From assembly GCA_963849325.1 (NCBI GenBank), contig CAWKHF010000006.1:256001-320000 (forward strand): a stretch of 64,000 bases of DNA. The letters run 5' to 3'. The position numbers were made by a program, and so were the translations under genes. The notes beneath the pieces are model-generated. The model was not told the origin of the DNA, searched no databases, and saw nothing but the letters and a program-made list of their open reading frames with translations. Of this stretch, positions 23,043-34,387 are shown piece by piece; the first letter of the stretch is position 1; each line of letters starts with the position of its first letter. The DNA is from an uncultured Planctomycetota bacterium (GTDB taxonomy: Bacteria > Planctomycetota > Planctomycetia > Gemmatales > Gemmataceae).

Positions 23043-24430
23043 GTTCCCCGTCCGCATAATCCATTTCGAACCAACCATCCGCAGTGTTGCCGAGGTAGGC
23101 GACTAGCTGCCCCGGTGCCACCATCGCAGGAGCGTCCGCAGTGTGGGCACGCCAACTTTCGGGAGGAACACGAATGGCCGCGACGCGCCCTTTCTGTCCA
23201 TTGCGAAGCACATTTTCCTCGGTGAAGTAGACAAGGTCATTTTGAGAAATGTGCTGGACGACGAGGGGAGAGTGTGTATTGACCACGACCTGGCGCAAGG
23301 GATTGTCCTCATCCACGGCAAAATTTGGATCGACCGCGATGTCGCGTAACAATTCCACCATGATGGGAATGCGATCCGGATGGATGCCGTTCTCGGGTTC
23401 TTCCAGACAAATCATGCCTCTTGCTTCCGGGTCCTGGCCGAGTACGGTGAGGACAAGAAACCGCAGCGTTCCATCCGACAGCGATCGAGCGGGGTGGAAT
23501 ATGCCATCGTGGCCGCGTACCTCCACGGTCCAGGTTTCACTTCTTTCATCATCGCGCAGATGCAATTCACTGACGTCCTCAAGCAGCCGAGAGAGTTGGT
23601 TGGCGAGGGCCGTGCATACGCGGCCAGGCCGGTCCTCGGTTTTTTGCAAGCGATAGATCGTGGCCGCCAGATTCGCACCGCGCGAGTCGATGGAGCGCTT
23701 GTCCTGATAAAGGGACGGAGTACGCATGGCCGAAGGTTCGAGGAGAAGGGTCTTCCACGATTCCATTTCTCGATGCACGGCGAGGATGGTCGGAAATTCA
23801 CTTGAGGCCATGCCGCCGACCATGGTACGGGCGGAGTTCGTGGCGGGCAGTTTGCGTTTGCGGCCCCCGTGTCCTTCTTGATGAACGGTAATTTCCGGAC
23901 TCACCGGAAGCTGTTTGCGTGGAGATGAACGGCTTGGTGCGCCTCCCCGTAATTGAGGAATCGCGGAACACTGTTGCCGCGTTGAATCCCAGTTCCTTCC
24001 GCGCGGAAAGAACGGGCACAGGGACCAAAGATTCCTTGGCGAGTTTGAGGCGCTGTACGCCGTCCCGATCATCGAGAACAAACATTACCTCGTAACGCAA
24101 TGCGGACGTGGCGGCGCAGGCCGGCACCCCGAAATCATCTTGTACTTTGCGTTCGACTATCAAATCAACCAGAAATTCAATCTCCGCGGAACGGTAGTCG
24201 CCGAAGGCGGTGAAAAGAGCGGCGGGATCGACAGCCCGACCTCTCGCGTCACGGACTTGCTGCACCGCTTCCATAATGGCGTGCTTGGTGAGCAGGTGCA
24301 AAAAGTGAATGGCGTCGAACAGATTGGATTTACCAACGCCGTTTTGGCCGGAAATACAGGTGAACGGGCCGAAGCGTAAGTCCACATCCAGTAGATTTTT
24401 GAACCCTCGTACTTGGAGACGGGTGAGCAC
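23026..24430 (-). CDS. AAA_15/AAA_21 ABC-type ATPase (frameshift near 23910)
   Basis: MLTRLQVRGFKNL, Walker A GQNGVGKS, signature LSDGT, Walker B ICLEEPENGIHP, NTHSP. Confidence 0.85.
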
Positions 24431-24522
24431 AACTTCTCCCGTTTTGTGAAAAATGCCTAATCACCGGGCTATTTGTTATTCTAGGCGTCCACGGATGCCG
24501 CGACAGGCTATCGGCAGGAACA

Positions 24523-25873
24523 TCAGTCCGCGAGCATCGCTCCCACGGCCCGGCACAACTCCTCCGCATTGGTCGCCGCTGGCGCCTCGGCGATGACGCG
24601 CACAATCGGTTCGGTGTTGCTCGGCCGCACGTGCAGCCAGCGATCCGCCCAGTCCAGTCGCAGGCCATCGGCGCGATCGACCGCCGCCTCCGGCCAGCGC
24701 TGCGTCAGCGCCTCGAACAGCTCCGGCAGCCGCTCGCGCGGCACCGTGTACTTGTCCTTGACGATGTGATACACCGGCAATTCGGCGACCAACTCGCTCA
24801 GCTTGCGGCCGGTCTCGGCCATGAGGTTGAGCACCAGGCCCATGCCGATGAACGGATCGCGCACCAGGCCGACGCGCGGGTCGATGACGCCGCCGTTGCC
24901 CTCGCCGCCGAGCACGGCGCCGACCTCCAGCATCTTGTCGGCGACGTTGGCCTCGCCGACCGCGGAGCGATGGCAGACGCAGCCGTGACGGGCCGCGATG
25001 TCCGCGGTGACGCGCGACGTGGACATGTTGACGACCACCGGGCCGCGCTCGCGGCCCAGACGGAACAGCACGGCCAGGGCCAGCGTCAGCTCCTCGCCGA
25101 TGTAGCGGCCGGTCTCGTCGATCAGGGCCAAGCGATCCGAGTCGGGGTCGAGCGCGAAGCCGATGTCCGCGCGCTGCTCGACGACCAGGGGGCAGACGTC
25201 GCGCAGGTTGTCGGCGGTCGGCTCCGGCTCGTGCAGAAATCGGCCGTCGGCGTCGCAGCCGCGGCCAAACGTCTCGACCTGCAGCGCCTTCAAGAGACGG
25301 AGGCCGAGCGGCCCGCCGGCGCCGCCGTTGGCGTCGAGGAAGGCGCGCAGCCCGGCGGCGCGGATGCGCGGTCCATCGACCAGTTGAAGGATGCGGTCGC
25401 GGTGCCAGTCCTCGGCCTGATGCTCGTCCCGCACCGTGCCCAGGTCGTCCCACGGTACGCGGCGGCCGGCGCCGCTCTCGAACAGCGCCTGCACCTTGCG
25501 GCCCTCGGCGGCGCTGAGGACGCGGCCATCGGGCCCGAACAGCTTCAGTCCGTTCCACGGCGCCGGGTTGTGGCTGGCGGTGATCTGAATGCCGCCGGCG
25601 GCGTGAAGTTGGCGCACGGCCAGGCCGACCGTCGGCGTCGGCGCGACGCCGAGATCGTGGACGTCGCAGCCGGCCGCGGTCAGGCCGGCCAGGACGGCGT
25701 GACGCAGCATGACGCCGCTGGGCCGGCCGTCGCGGCTGACGACGATGCGACCGCCGCCGCCGTGTGCCGCCAAGCGCCGAGGCGAAGGCCAGCGCCGCCG
25801 CCGGCGTCAGCGATTGGCCGACAATGCCGCGAATGCCCGAAACGCTGACGATCAATTCCGTTTCCGCACTCAT
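24523..25873 (-). CDS. glmM: phosphohexomutase (GlmM/PMM-PGM family), frameshift near 25770
   Basis: SVSGIRG, ITASHNP, DPDSDR, GGEGNGG, RPSNTEP. Confidence 0.85.
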
Positions 25874-25983
25874 CCGGACCTGTCCTCTCGGGTGACATCC
25901 TCGCGTCATGTCATATTATCTTCGGAAGGCAGACCACCCAATCGGCCGAAATTGTCCATGCCGCCCGACGAACGGGAGTTCCC

Positions 25984-27179
25984 ATGAAGACCGCGACGCG
26001 CTCGACGATGCGCCTTCGGCTGGAACCGCTGGAAGACCGGATCGTGCCATCGACGGCGACCGACATCCAGATGACCTTCGCCACCACCACGGACTCTCGA
26101 ACCGTCAGCGTCAATTACAACCTCAGCGCCGACCTCACCGGCCAAACGCTGTCCTTCAACGTGTATCGCTCCGCCGGCTACAACTCGCTGGCCGGCGCCC
26201 AGCTGATCGGCACGGCGTCCCTTCCCGGTTCCGACGGCGCCGACCTGAGCGCCGGCGCGCACCAGGGCGTCAAACTATCGCTGACGGACCCCAACGGCCA
26301 ACCGCTGACGGCCCTGACGCCCAACCCGGCCCTGCCGTTCGTCGTCGTCGTCGCCAACCCCAACGGGGCCATCGCCGAGAGCGACGGCAGCAACAACACC
26401 GCCTCGTTCGAGACGCACGTCCTGGGTGTGGTGGTCCACGGTCTGGAACTGGATCTGTCGCTGGTGTTGCTGGGGATGCCGCCGGCGTGGGAAACGCAGA
26501 TGGCCGCGGCCTTGCAGCAAATGGACGGCTACGAGGCCGTCATCGCCTTCAACTGGGTGCTGCCGGCCCTGCTGCCGTTTCGCCGGCGTCACCAACCTGG
26601 AAGGGAGCCAGTTGGCCCGGCAAGTCGTCGCCGAGGCCGATCAACTCGCCGGCCAGCATCCCGGCGACGTGGTGGACATCAACTTCATCGGCCACAGTCG
26701 CGGCACCGACGTTGTCAGCCAGGCGCTGCAAGACCTGGTCGGCACCACCGATCCGGCGCTGCGGGGCGGATACATGCAGATGACCTTGCTCGACCCCCAT
26801 CCGGCCAGCAACCTTTACGGACTCGCTCAGTTGGCTGCCGTTCGTTCCAGATGCCGACTCGTTCGCCGAGTTGGTGTTCCTGTTCCAATCGCTGGCGCAA
26901 GACCCGCAGGTGGTCGTGCCTCCCAACGTCATGCAAACCCAATTGTTCGACGAACAAACGCCGGCGGGGCAGCCGTTCTCGTACTCACTGGAGTCCTTCG
27001 TCAACTTCTGGGGAGACCCGGCGTCGGCCATCGTCAATGAATCCGGTCAGCCGATCCAGGAGAGCAATTTGACGAACGTGGTCGCGCCCGGCATCGGACC
27101 CATCGGTCACGTCGAGGTACACGACTGGTATCTGGCGAACGTCGTGGATACGAACCGGACGTTCACGTATTTTGATTGA
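25984..27179 (+). CDS. exported protein with planctomycete LEPLEDR motif and lipase-like GHSRG domain (frameshifted)
   Basis: RLRLEPLEDRIVPS; VVVHG, FIGHSRG, TLLDP, GHVEVHDWY. Confidence 0.65.
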
Positions 27180-27192
27180 GGGATAAAACCTC

Positions 27193-27246
27193 TCCGAGCC
27201 TGAAGCGTAAGCGAAGGTTGCTCTTCGCTTACGCTTCAGGCTCGGA
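27193..27246. repeat. REP-like hairpin family C between convergent genes (possible terminator)
   Basis: TCCGAGCCTGAAGCGTAAGCGAAG ... CTTCGCTTACGCTTCAGGCTCGGA; copy at 34242-34298. Confidence 0.85.
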
Positions 27247-27255
27247 CAGAAAACG

Positions 27256-28729
27256 CTACTTCAGCTTGACGGTGACGGTCTTCATCTCGGTGTAATGCTC
27301 CAGCGCCGCCTCGCCGTTCTCGCGGCCCTGGCCGGACATCTTGAAGCCGCCGAACGGCGTCGTCGTATCGACGACGTGGTAGCAGTTGACCCACACCGTA
27401 CCGGCCTTGACCTGCTTGGCGAACAGGTGCGCTTTGTCGATGTCGCGCGTCCACACCGCCGCCGCCAGGCCGTAGAACGTCCGGTTGGCCCGCTCGATCA
27501 CCTCGTCAACCTTCGTGAAACGGCAGCACGCTGACGACCGGCCCGAAGATTTCGTCCTTGGCGATGGCCATGTCGTCCTTGACGTTATCGAAGATGGTCG
27601 GCTCGACGAAGAAGCCCTTGTCGCCGTGACGCTGGCCGCCGGTCAGGAGCGTGGCCCCTTGCTTCTGGCCCAGCTCGCAGTAACCGAGGATCTTGTCCAT
27701 CTGCTCCTGCGAGACCTGCGGCCCCTGCTCGGTCTTGGGATCGAGCGGATCGCCGATCTTGCGCTCCTTGGCCTTCTCGGCCAAACGCTCGACGAACTCC
27801 TGATGAATCTTGCCCTCGACAAACAGACGGCTGCCGGCGGTGCAGCACTGTCCGCCGTGGAAGTAGATGGCGTGGAAGGCGCCGGCGACGGCTTCGTCCA
27901 TGTCGGCGTCGGCGAAGATGACGTTGGGCGATTTGCCGCCCAGCTCGAAGGTGGTGCGCTTGAGCGTGTCGGCCGCCGACTTCTGAATGAGCTTGGCGGT
28001 ATCGACGTGGCCGGTGAAGGCGATCTTGTCCACGTCGGGATGCGCGACCAGGGCGGCGCCGGTAGTCTCGCCCATGCCGTTGACGATGTTGACGACGCCG
28101 GCGGGGAAGCCGGCCTCCATCGCCAATTCGCCGACGCGCAGAGCGGTCAACGGCGTCTGCTCGGCCGGCTTGAGCACGACCGTGTTGCCGCACGCCAGGG
28201 CCGGACCCCACTTCCAGGCCAGCATCAAGAGCGGGAAGTTCCACGGAATGATCTGGCCGATGACGCCGACCGGCTGACGCAGCGTGTACGACAGGAAGTT
28301 GCCGCGCACCGGCACGGTTCGGCCCTCGATCTTGTCGGCCCAGCCGGCGTAGTAGCGCAGGGTATTGGCGACGCCCTGCATGTCGGAGGTGGCGTCGCCG
28401 ATGGTCTTGCCGCTGTTGAGCGATTCCAGGGCGGCGAGGTCCTTCGCTTCCTTCTCGATGAGATCGGCGAGCTTGTACAGCAGTCGGCCGCGGTCGGCGG
28501 CGTCCATCGTGGCCCACGGGCCGGATTCGAGGGCGCGTCGCGCCGCCTTGACGGCCTTGTCCACGTCCTTGGCCGAGGCCGCCGCCATCTTGGCGATCAC
28601 CTGCCCGGTCGCCGGATTGTAGGTGTCGAAGGAGCCGCCCTCGACCGGATCGACCCAGTCGTTGTTGATGAGCAGCTTGGTCTGGCGAATGGCCGGAGGA
28701 GCCGAACGCTTCATCGTCGCTTGCGCCAT
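27256..28729 (-). CDS. NAD-dependent aldehyde dehydrogenase (frameshift near 27515)
   Basis: [41 protein letters not shown]. Confidence 0.93.
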
Positions 28730-28931
28730 GGCATCACACCTCTACAAGGGAAAAGGGAAGTTGAACGGACGCGCCGCCGCCGTCCCGGCGAGCTGGGCGT
28801 CACGCGGAGAGGTCACGGTGGCATCTTAGACGGGAACAGGGTGAGGTCAAGGCTGCGGCCGACCTTGAGCCGCCGGTGCTTTCGGGACGGCGCCGGAAGA
28901 ACCGGAACCGCGATCGCGGGATTCGATCTCG

Positions 28932-29174
28932 TCACGAGGCGGCGGGTGCGGGCGGCGCCGGCGGGATCGGTTCCATTCGCGTGATGTGCAGGAGGGCGAT
29001 CACGATCTCGCGTTCCTCGGCTGTTCCGGGCGAAAGCGTCAAGGACAGGGTCGAGTGGTTTGTCGCCGCGAGTTCCGGATGAGGAACATTGAAGACCGTC
29101 GTCTCCAGCACGTACAGCCGGAATGGTCGGAACGGTTTCGCCTGCAATAGCTCGAGAAGATCCGCCTCCCGCAT
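28932..29174 (-). CDS. small hypothetical protein (PFRPFRL family)
   Basis: LLQAKPFRPFRLYV...VPHPE...LLHITRME; paralog of neighbour. Confidence 0.6.
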   Translation of the reverse strand: MREADLLELLQAKPFRPFRLYVLETTVFNVPHPELAATNHSTLSLTLSPGTAEEREIVIALLHITRMEPIPPAPPAPAAS

Positions 29175-29196
29175 GGCGATGTCCTCCACGTTCGCT

Positions 29197-29442
29197 TCAG
29201 CGCGTTATCGCCGCGGGAGGCAGCATCTCCACCCGATCGATCAACTCCAGGTGAATGGGGACCATGTACTCACTGATCGCTCGGGGTTCGTTAGGGGCCT
29301 TGACGCCCACCTTGACGTAGGTGTTGAAGACGAGCATCAGCCCGAATTGCGGCACGTCGAAAATGCGGCCGTCTTTGATGTACAGCCGAAAGGGCTGAAA
29401 CGTCTCACGGCGAATCAAGGCTCGCAATTGCTCGGATTGCAT
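29197..29442 (-). CDS. small hypothetical protein (PFRL-DGR family)
   Basis: IRRETFQPFRLYIKDGRIFDVP...IHLELIDRVE. Confidence 0.6.
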   Translation of the reverse strand: MQSEQLRALIRRETFQPFRLYIKDGRIFDVPQFGLMLVFNTYVKVGVKAPNEPRAISEYMVPIHLELIDRVEMLPPAAITR

Positions 29443-29505
29443 CGACTTTCTCCCAGATAGCGACAGAGGACGTGTAGAAATTATAAAGAGACCCGCCGAG
29501 GATTT

Positions 29506-30537
29506 CTACGCCGGCACACTTTCGATGACGTGGACCACCGACGCCGTTGGCACCACCCGCGCCAGGTGGAAACCGGCGCTGGCCAACAGCTCGCGGTACT
29601 CCGCCTCGGTGCGCTCCATGCCGCCGGGGATGGCCAGCATGGTCAGGTCGAGGAGCTTGGCGAAACAGGGATCGTTGCCGGGCGGGATGACGCTCTCGAT
29701 CAGCAGCAGCTTGCCCGAGGCCGGCACGACCTTGCGACAGGTGCGCAGGATCGTGCGGCACTGCTCGTCGTTCCAGTCGTGGATGATGTGGCGCATCAGG
29801 TAGGCATCGCCGCCGGGCGGCGCGGTCTGGAAGAAGTCGCCCGGCGTCAGGGTGCAGCGGTCTTGCAGGCCCGCCGCCTGGACGTTGGCCCGCGCGCGCT
29901 CGATCACGTCGGGCCGGTCGAACAGCACGCCGCGCAGGGCCGGGTGCCGTTGCAGCGTCGCCAGAAGCAGACTGCCGTTGCCGCCACCGATGTCCACCAA
30001 CGTGCCGAAACCGCGGAAATCATAGGTGTCGAGCATCGCCTGCGTCTCGGCGCCGTGTACGCCGACCATGGCCTCGTCGAAGATGCGCGCCTGCCGCGGA
30101 TGCGCGGCCAGGTACGGAAAGATCGGCTGGCCGTAGAGCTTCTCGAACGCCGTCTGCCCGGTCTGGACGCTGTAGAGCAGCTCTCCCCAGCAGCGGTAAT
30201 GCTCCTCGCCGTTCATGATGGCCATCGAACGCTGCGAACCGGGTACGTCGCTGCGCAGACACTCCGCCAGCGGCGTTAGCGCGAATCGTCCCTGGGCGTC
30301 CTCGACGAAGACGCCCTCGCTGGCCAACGCGCGCAGCAGACGGTACAGCGAACGGCCGTGTGTGCCGGTGGCGCGGGCCAGGTCGGCGACCGTACGCGGC
30401 CCATCCGCGAGCAGATCGGCGACGCCGAGCTGAGCGGCGACGTGCAGGGCTTGCGCGATCCAGTAACCCGTCAACATGCGGGTCATCACGGCCTGGGGAG
30501 AGGCAGCAGCGGACCCGGCGGATTGGTTGGCGGCCAT
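29506..30537 (-). CDS. SAM-dependent O-methyltransferase (Methyltransf_2 with dimerisation domain)
   Basis: LVDIGGGNG, GDFF, RHIIHDW, GGMERT. Confidence 0.9.
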   Translation of the reverse strand: MAANQSAGSAAASPQAVMTRMLTGYWIAQALHVAAQLGVADLLADGPRTVADLARATGTHGRSLYRLLRALASEGVFVEDAQGRFALTPLAECLRSDVPGSQRSMAIMNGEEHYRCWGELLYSVQTGQTAFEKLYGQPIFPYLAAHPRQARIFDEAMVGVHGAETQAMLDTYDFRGFGTLVDIGGGNGSLLLATLQRHPALRGVLFDRPDVIERARANVQAAGLQDRCTLTPGDFFQTAPPGGDAYLMRHIIHDWNDEQCRTILRTCRKVVPASGKLLLIESVIPPGNDPCFAKLLDLTMLAIPGGMERTEAEYRELLASAGFHLARVVPTASVVHVIESVPA

Positions 30538-32399
30538 GAGTCGTCCTCCTGTTTCTCGGGCGTCGGACTATCGGTCAGATCGAGTTGCAGCCGCGACAGC
30601 GTGCGGTACACGCCGCCGTCGCGCTGGACCAGCTCGGCGTGCGTGCCGGACTCGACGGTGCGGCCGTCCTTGATGACCACAATACGATCGGCCGTGCGCA
30701 CGGTCGAGAGGCGGTGGGCGATGATGAGCGAAGTACGGCCTTGCATGAGGCGTTCCAGCGCTTGCAGGACCAGGCTTTCGCTGGCCGAATCGAGCGAGCT
30801 GGTGGCCTCATCGAGGAGGAGAATGGCCGGGTCGCGCAGAATGGCGCGAGCGATGGCCACGCGCTGCCGCTGGCCGCCGGACAGCTGCACGCCGCGTTCG
30901 CCGACGCGCGTGTGGTAGCCGTCGGGGAAGGAGCGGATGAACTCGTCGGCGTTGGCCTGCCGGGCCGCGGCGACGATCTCTTCCTCGCCGGCGCCGGGCC
31001 GGCCGTAAGCGATGTTCTCGGCGATGGAGCCGCCGAACAGGAGCACGTCCTGCGGCACAATCGCCATCTGGCCGCGCAGCTCGCGCAGGCCATAGGCGCG
31101 GGCGTCGCGGCCGTCGATCCGGATTCGTCCTTGCTCCGGCTCGTAGAAACGTAGGAGCAAGGAGACGATCGTGGATTTGCCTGCGCCGCTGGGTCCGACC
31201 AGGGCGACGCGCTGTCCCGGTTCGACTGTCAGGCAAACGTCGCGCAATACCTGCACCTCCGGCCGCGATGGGTAGCGGAAGGCGACGTGCTCGAAGACGA
31301 TTTCGCCGCGCAGGCGCGCCGCCGAGCCGCGAGCGTCCGCGAGCGGGGCCGCGGACTCCGGTTGTTCTTGCAGCAATTCGCGGACGCGGTGCGTGGCGCC
31401 GAGCGTGCGCTGGAGCTGGCTGTACAGCTCGGCGAAGGAACCCATCGCGCCGGCGACGAACAGGGTGTAGATCATGAAGCTGGTCAGCTCTCCCGGCGTC
31501 AGGCTGCCGGCCACGACCAGGCGCGAACCATACCACAGGACCAGCACGACCGCGCCGAAGAGGGCGAAGATGATGAACGATCCAAACGCCCCGCGATAGC
31601 GGGCGCCGCGCAGGACCACGCCGAGATAGGCGGCGAGGCTGTCGCGATAGCGCCGCTCCTCGTAGTCCTCGTTGGTGAACGCCTTGACGCCGGCGACGCC
31701 TTGCAGCGTCTCCTCGATGATGACGTTGCCGTCGGCGAGCCGGTCCTGCGCCTCGCGCGAATTGCGGCGAAGCAGACGGCCGAACACGACGGCCAGGGCG
31801 ATCAGGGCCGGAAACGCCGCCAGCATGACCAGCGTCAGACGCAGCGAAGTCAGGGCAATGAGCACGATGCCGCCGGCGAAGAAGATGACCTGGCGAAGCA
31901 ACTGCGGCACGGCGCCGACGATGGTATCGAGGATCTGCGTCAGGTCGGCGGCGAGACGGCTGGCCAGTTCGCCGACGCGCCGCCGCACATGAAAGGCCAT
32001 CGGCAGATGGATCAGACGCGCGTAGGTGTCGCGGCGCAGGTCGGCCAGGCTGCGCTCCGATACCTCGACGAACCACAGCGATTGCACGAATGAAAGGGCC
32101 GATTGCACACCCAGCAAAGCGACCAGGGCCAGGGCGATGCCGTTGACGTTGTGAGGCCACGGCTGCGGGGTGTCCGCACCCGCGATGGCACGGTTGACCA
32201 GCAGGCCGACGAGGTACGGGAAAGCCAGGCCGCACAGGCTGGACAGCAGCAGGGCGATGAGGGCGCCGGCGAACTTGAGGGCGTAGGGTCGCAGATAGTA
32301 CACGAGCTGCCCCGCTTCGCGGAGAGTCGTGCCACTGAAGGGCACGGCAGGCAGGTCCTCGTTCGCCTCGATACCGGCGCGGTGCTTGTGTCGGGCCAT
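30486..32399 (-). CDS. ABC transporter fused permease/ATPase (MsbA-like)
   Basis: TM domain, GPSGAGKS, LSGGQRQR, LLLDEATSSLD. Confidence 0.92.
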   Translation of the reverse strand: MARHKHRAGIEANEDLPAVPFSGTTLREAGQLVYYLRPYALKFAGALIALLLSSLCGLAFPYLVGLLVNRAIAGADTPQPWPHNVNGIALALVALLGVQSALSFVQSLWFVEVSERSLADLRRDTYARLIHLPMAFHVRRRVGELASRLAADLTQILDTIVGAVPQLLRQVIFFAGGIVLIALTSLRLTLVMLAAFPALIALAVVFGRLLRRNSREAQDRLADGNVIIEETLQGVAGVKAFTNEDYEERRYRDSLAAYLGVVLRGARYRGAFGSFIIFALFGAVVLVLWYGSRLVVAGSLTPGELTSFMIYTLFVAGAMGSFAELYSQLQRTLGATHRVRELLQEQPESAAPLADARGSAARLRGEIVFEHVAFRYPSRPEVQVLRDVCLTVEPGQRVALVGPSGAGKSTIVSLLLRFYEPEQGRIRIDGRDARAYGLRELRGQMAIVPQDVLLFGGSIAENIAYGRPGAGEEEIVAAARQANADEFIRSFPDGYHTRVGERGVQLSGGQRQRVAIARAILRDPAILLLDEATSSLDSASESLVLQALERLMQGRTSLIIAHRLSTVRTADRIVVIKDGRTVESGTHAELVQRDGGVYRTLSRLQLDLTDSPTPEKQEDDSWPPTNPPGPLLPLPRP

Positions 32400-32554
32400 G
32401 ACGATCCGTCTCGGACGGAGAGGGCGAGCGTGGGTCCGTGTCATTTTAGGCGCGGCGGACAAGCCCGCCTCGGCCCTTGGGCTTGCCCCCCGCGTCGGCC
32501 CTTCTCTACAAAAAGAGAAGGAAAGAACACGGACAGAGGAGAAAGTCTGCGAAC

Positions 32555-33460
32555 GTGAGCATATCATCACAGGACACACGCGGCGGACTGCTGTACGGCC
32601 TGGCGGCCTACGGTTTCTGGGGTCTGATGCCGCTGTATTTCTGGCTCGTCGGCACGGTCTCACCGCTGGAGATTTTGGCCCATCGCGTCGTCTGGTCCGT
32701 CGTCCTCGTCGCCGGCATCTTGACCGTGTGGCGGCGCTGGCCGGACTTGCAGCACAGCTTCCGCTCCGGCCGCATCGTCCGCCTGCTGCTCGCCAGCGCC
32801 GTGCTGGTGGCCGTCAACTGGCTGGTCTACATCTACGGCGTCTGGACGCAGCGCGTCCTGCAAACCAGCCTCGGCTATTTCATCAATCCACTGTTCAGTG
32901 TCGTTCTCGGCCTGGTGTTCTTCCGCGAACGGTTGCGGCTGGGACAGTGGTTCGCCCTCGGCCTGGCGACCGCCGGACTCGCATACCTGGTCTTCACCGT
33001 GGGCGAGTTGCCGTGGATCGCCCTGGCCGTGGCCGGCAGTTTCGGACTGTACGGCCTGGTTCGCAAGACGGCGCCGGTGGATGGCCTGATCGGTCTGGCC
33101 ATCGAGACGATGCTGCTGGCGCCGGCGGCGCTGGCCGGCCTGGCGGTCGGCGTCACGACCGGCACGGCGACTTTCGGGAACAACGAGGGGATGACGGATG
33201 GGTTGCTGCTGCTCAGCGGCGTGGTGACGACGATCCCGTTGTTGTGCTTCGGCCAGGCGGCGCGACGGCTGCCGCTCTCGACGCTCGGCTTCTTGCAGTA
33301 CGTCGCGCCCAGCATGCAATTTCTGTTGGCCGTGTGGGTGTTCCGCGAGCCGTTCCTGCCGGCGCAGCAGATCAGCTTCGCCTTCATCTGGGCGGCGCTG
33401 GCGATCTTCACCGGCGACGCCCTGCTGGCGCGGCGGGTGCTCAAGCCGCTTGCGGCTTAG
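32555..33460 (+). CDS. rarD: RarD family EamA transporter
   Basis: WGLMPLYF, EILAHRVVWS, SLGYFINPL, LGFLQYVAPS. Confidence 0.9.
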   Translation: MSISSQDTRGGLLYGLAAYGFWGLMPLYFWLVGTVSPLEILAHRVVWSVVLVAGILTVWRRWPDLQHSFRSGRIVRLLLASAVLVAVNWLVYIYGVWTQRVLQTSLGYFINPLFSVVLGLVFFRERLRLGQWFALGLATAGLAYLVFTVGELPWIALAVAGSFGLYGLVRKTAPVDGLIGLAIETMLLAPAALAGLAVGVTTGTATFGNNEGMTDGLLLLSGVVTTIPLLCFGQAARRLPLSTLGFLQYVAPSMQFLLAVWVFREPFLPAQQISFAFIWAALAIFTGDALLARRVLKPLAA

Positions 33461-33471
33461 CTTCGTAATTA

Positions 33472-33543
33472 TTTCTCGACTAGCCCGGAGCGCCAGCGAC
33501 GGGTCGAAGACCCGTCGCTGTGCGCTCCGGGCTAGTCGAGAAA
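33472..33543. repeat. REP-like hairpin between convergent genes (possible terminator)
   Basis: TTTCTCGACTAGCCCGGAGCG..AGCGACGGG ... CCCGTCGCT..CGCTCCGGGCTAGTCGAGAAA. Confidence 0.8.
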
Positions 33544-33554
33544 GAGTTTCTTCC

Positions 33555-34139
33555 TTACTTCTTCCGCAATTCCGTCTCGACCGCCTTGACTACCTCTTCC
33601 GATTCCGGCTTGACCTTCGGCTTGAAGCGGTTGACGATCTCGCCGTCGCGGCCGATGAGGAACTTCTCGAAGTTCCAGGTGATGGGACCGCCGAACTTCG
33701 GGTCCGTCTCCTTATCGGTCAGGTACTTGTACAGCGGACAAATGCCCTCGCCCTTGACGACGACCTTCGACAGCATGGGGAAGGTGACGTGGTACTTCGA
33801 GGTGCAGAACTTGGCGATGTCCTCGTTGCTGCCGGGTTCCTGCTTGCCGAACTCGTTGGCCGGCACGCCGAGGACAACCAGGCCGTCCTTGGCGTATTTC
33901 TCGTGAAGCTGCTGCAAGCCCTTGTATTGCGGCGTGTTGCCGCAGAAGCTGGCCACGTTGACCAGCAGCACAACCTTGCCCTGGTACTGCGACAGGTCCA
34001 CGTCCTTGCCATCCAGGCTTTTCATTTTGAAATTCAGCGCGGGAGCCACCTTCTTGTCTCCTTTGTCCTTGCCTTCCGCGGAAACCAACGCGGGCGCCAG
34101 AAGCAGCAAGCCCGCCGTCAAGCCGATGAGTGTGCGCAC
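33555..34139 (-). CDS. glutathione peroxidase with signal peptide
   Basis: VNVASFCGNTPQY, PANEFGKQEPG, WNFEKFLI. Confidence 0.92.
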   Translation of the reverse strand: MRTLIGLTAGLLLLAPALVSAEGKDKGDKKVAPALNFKMKSLDGKDVDLSQYQGKVVLLVNVASFCGNTPQYKGLQQLHEKYAKDGLVVLGVPANEFGKQEPGSNEDIAKFCTSKYHVTFPMLSKVVVKGEGICPLYKYLTDKETDPKFGGPITWNFEKFLIGRDGEIVNRFKPKVKPESEEVVKAVETELRKK

Positions 34140-34241
34140 GAATGTCTCTCCTCGGGGTGAAAACTCTCGGACCAGCCTCTCGGGGGTGATCCGCTCGTTG
34201 CTAATGTAGACGGTTGCGGCGAAAACGGCATTCAAAATGCC

Positions 34242-34298
34242 TCCGAGCCTGAAGCGTAAGCGAAGAGTCTCCCTCTTCGCTTACGCTTCAGGCTCGGA
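34242..34298. repeat. REP-like hairpin family C
   Basis: arms identical to 27193-27246. Confidence 0.85.
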
Positions 34299-34387
34299 CT
34301 ATCCGGTTCGCGCGGCAGCTGCTATGCTGTCCCCAAAGCACGGCGGAGAGGCACGGGACCGCTGACGAGGAGAGTACAAGGCCCCTT

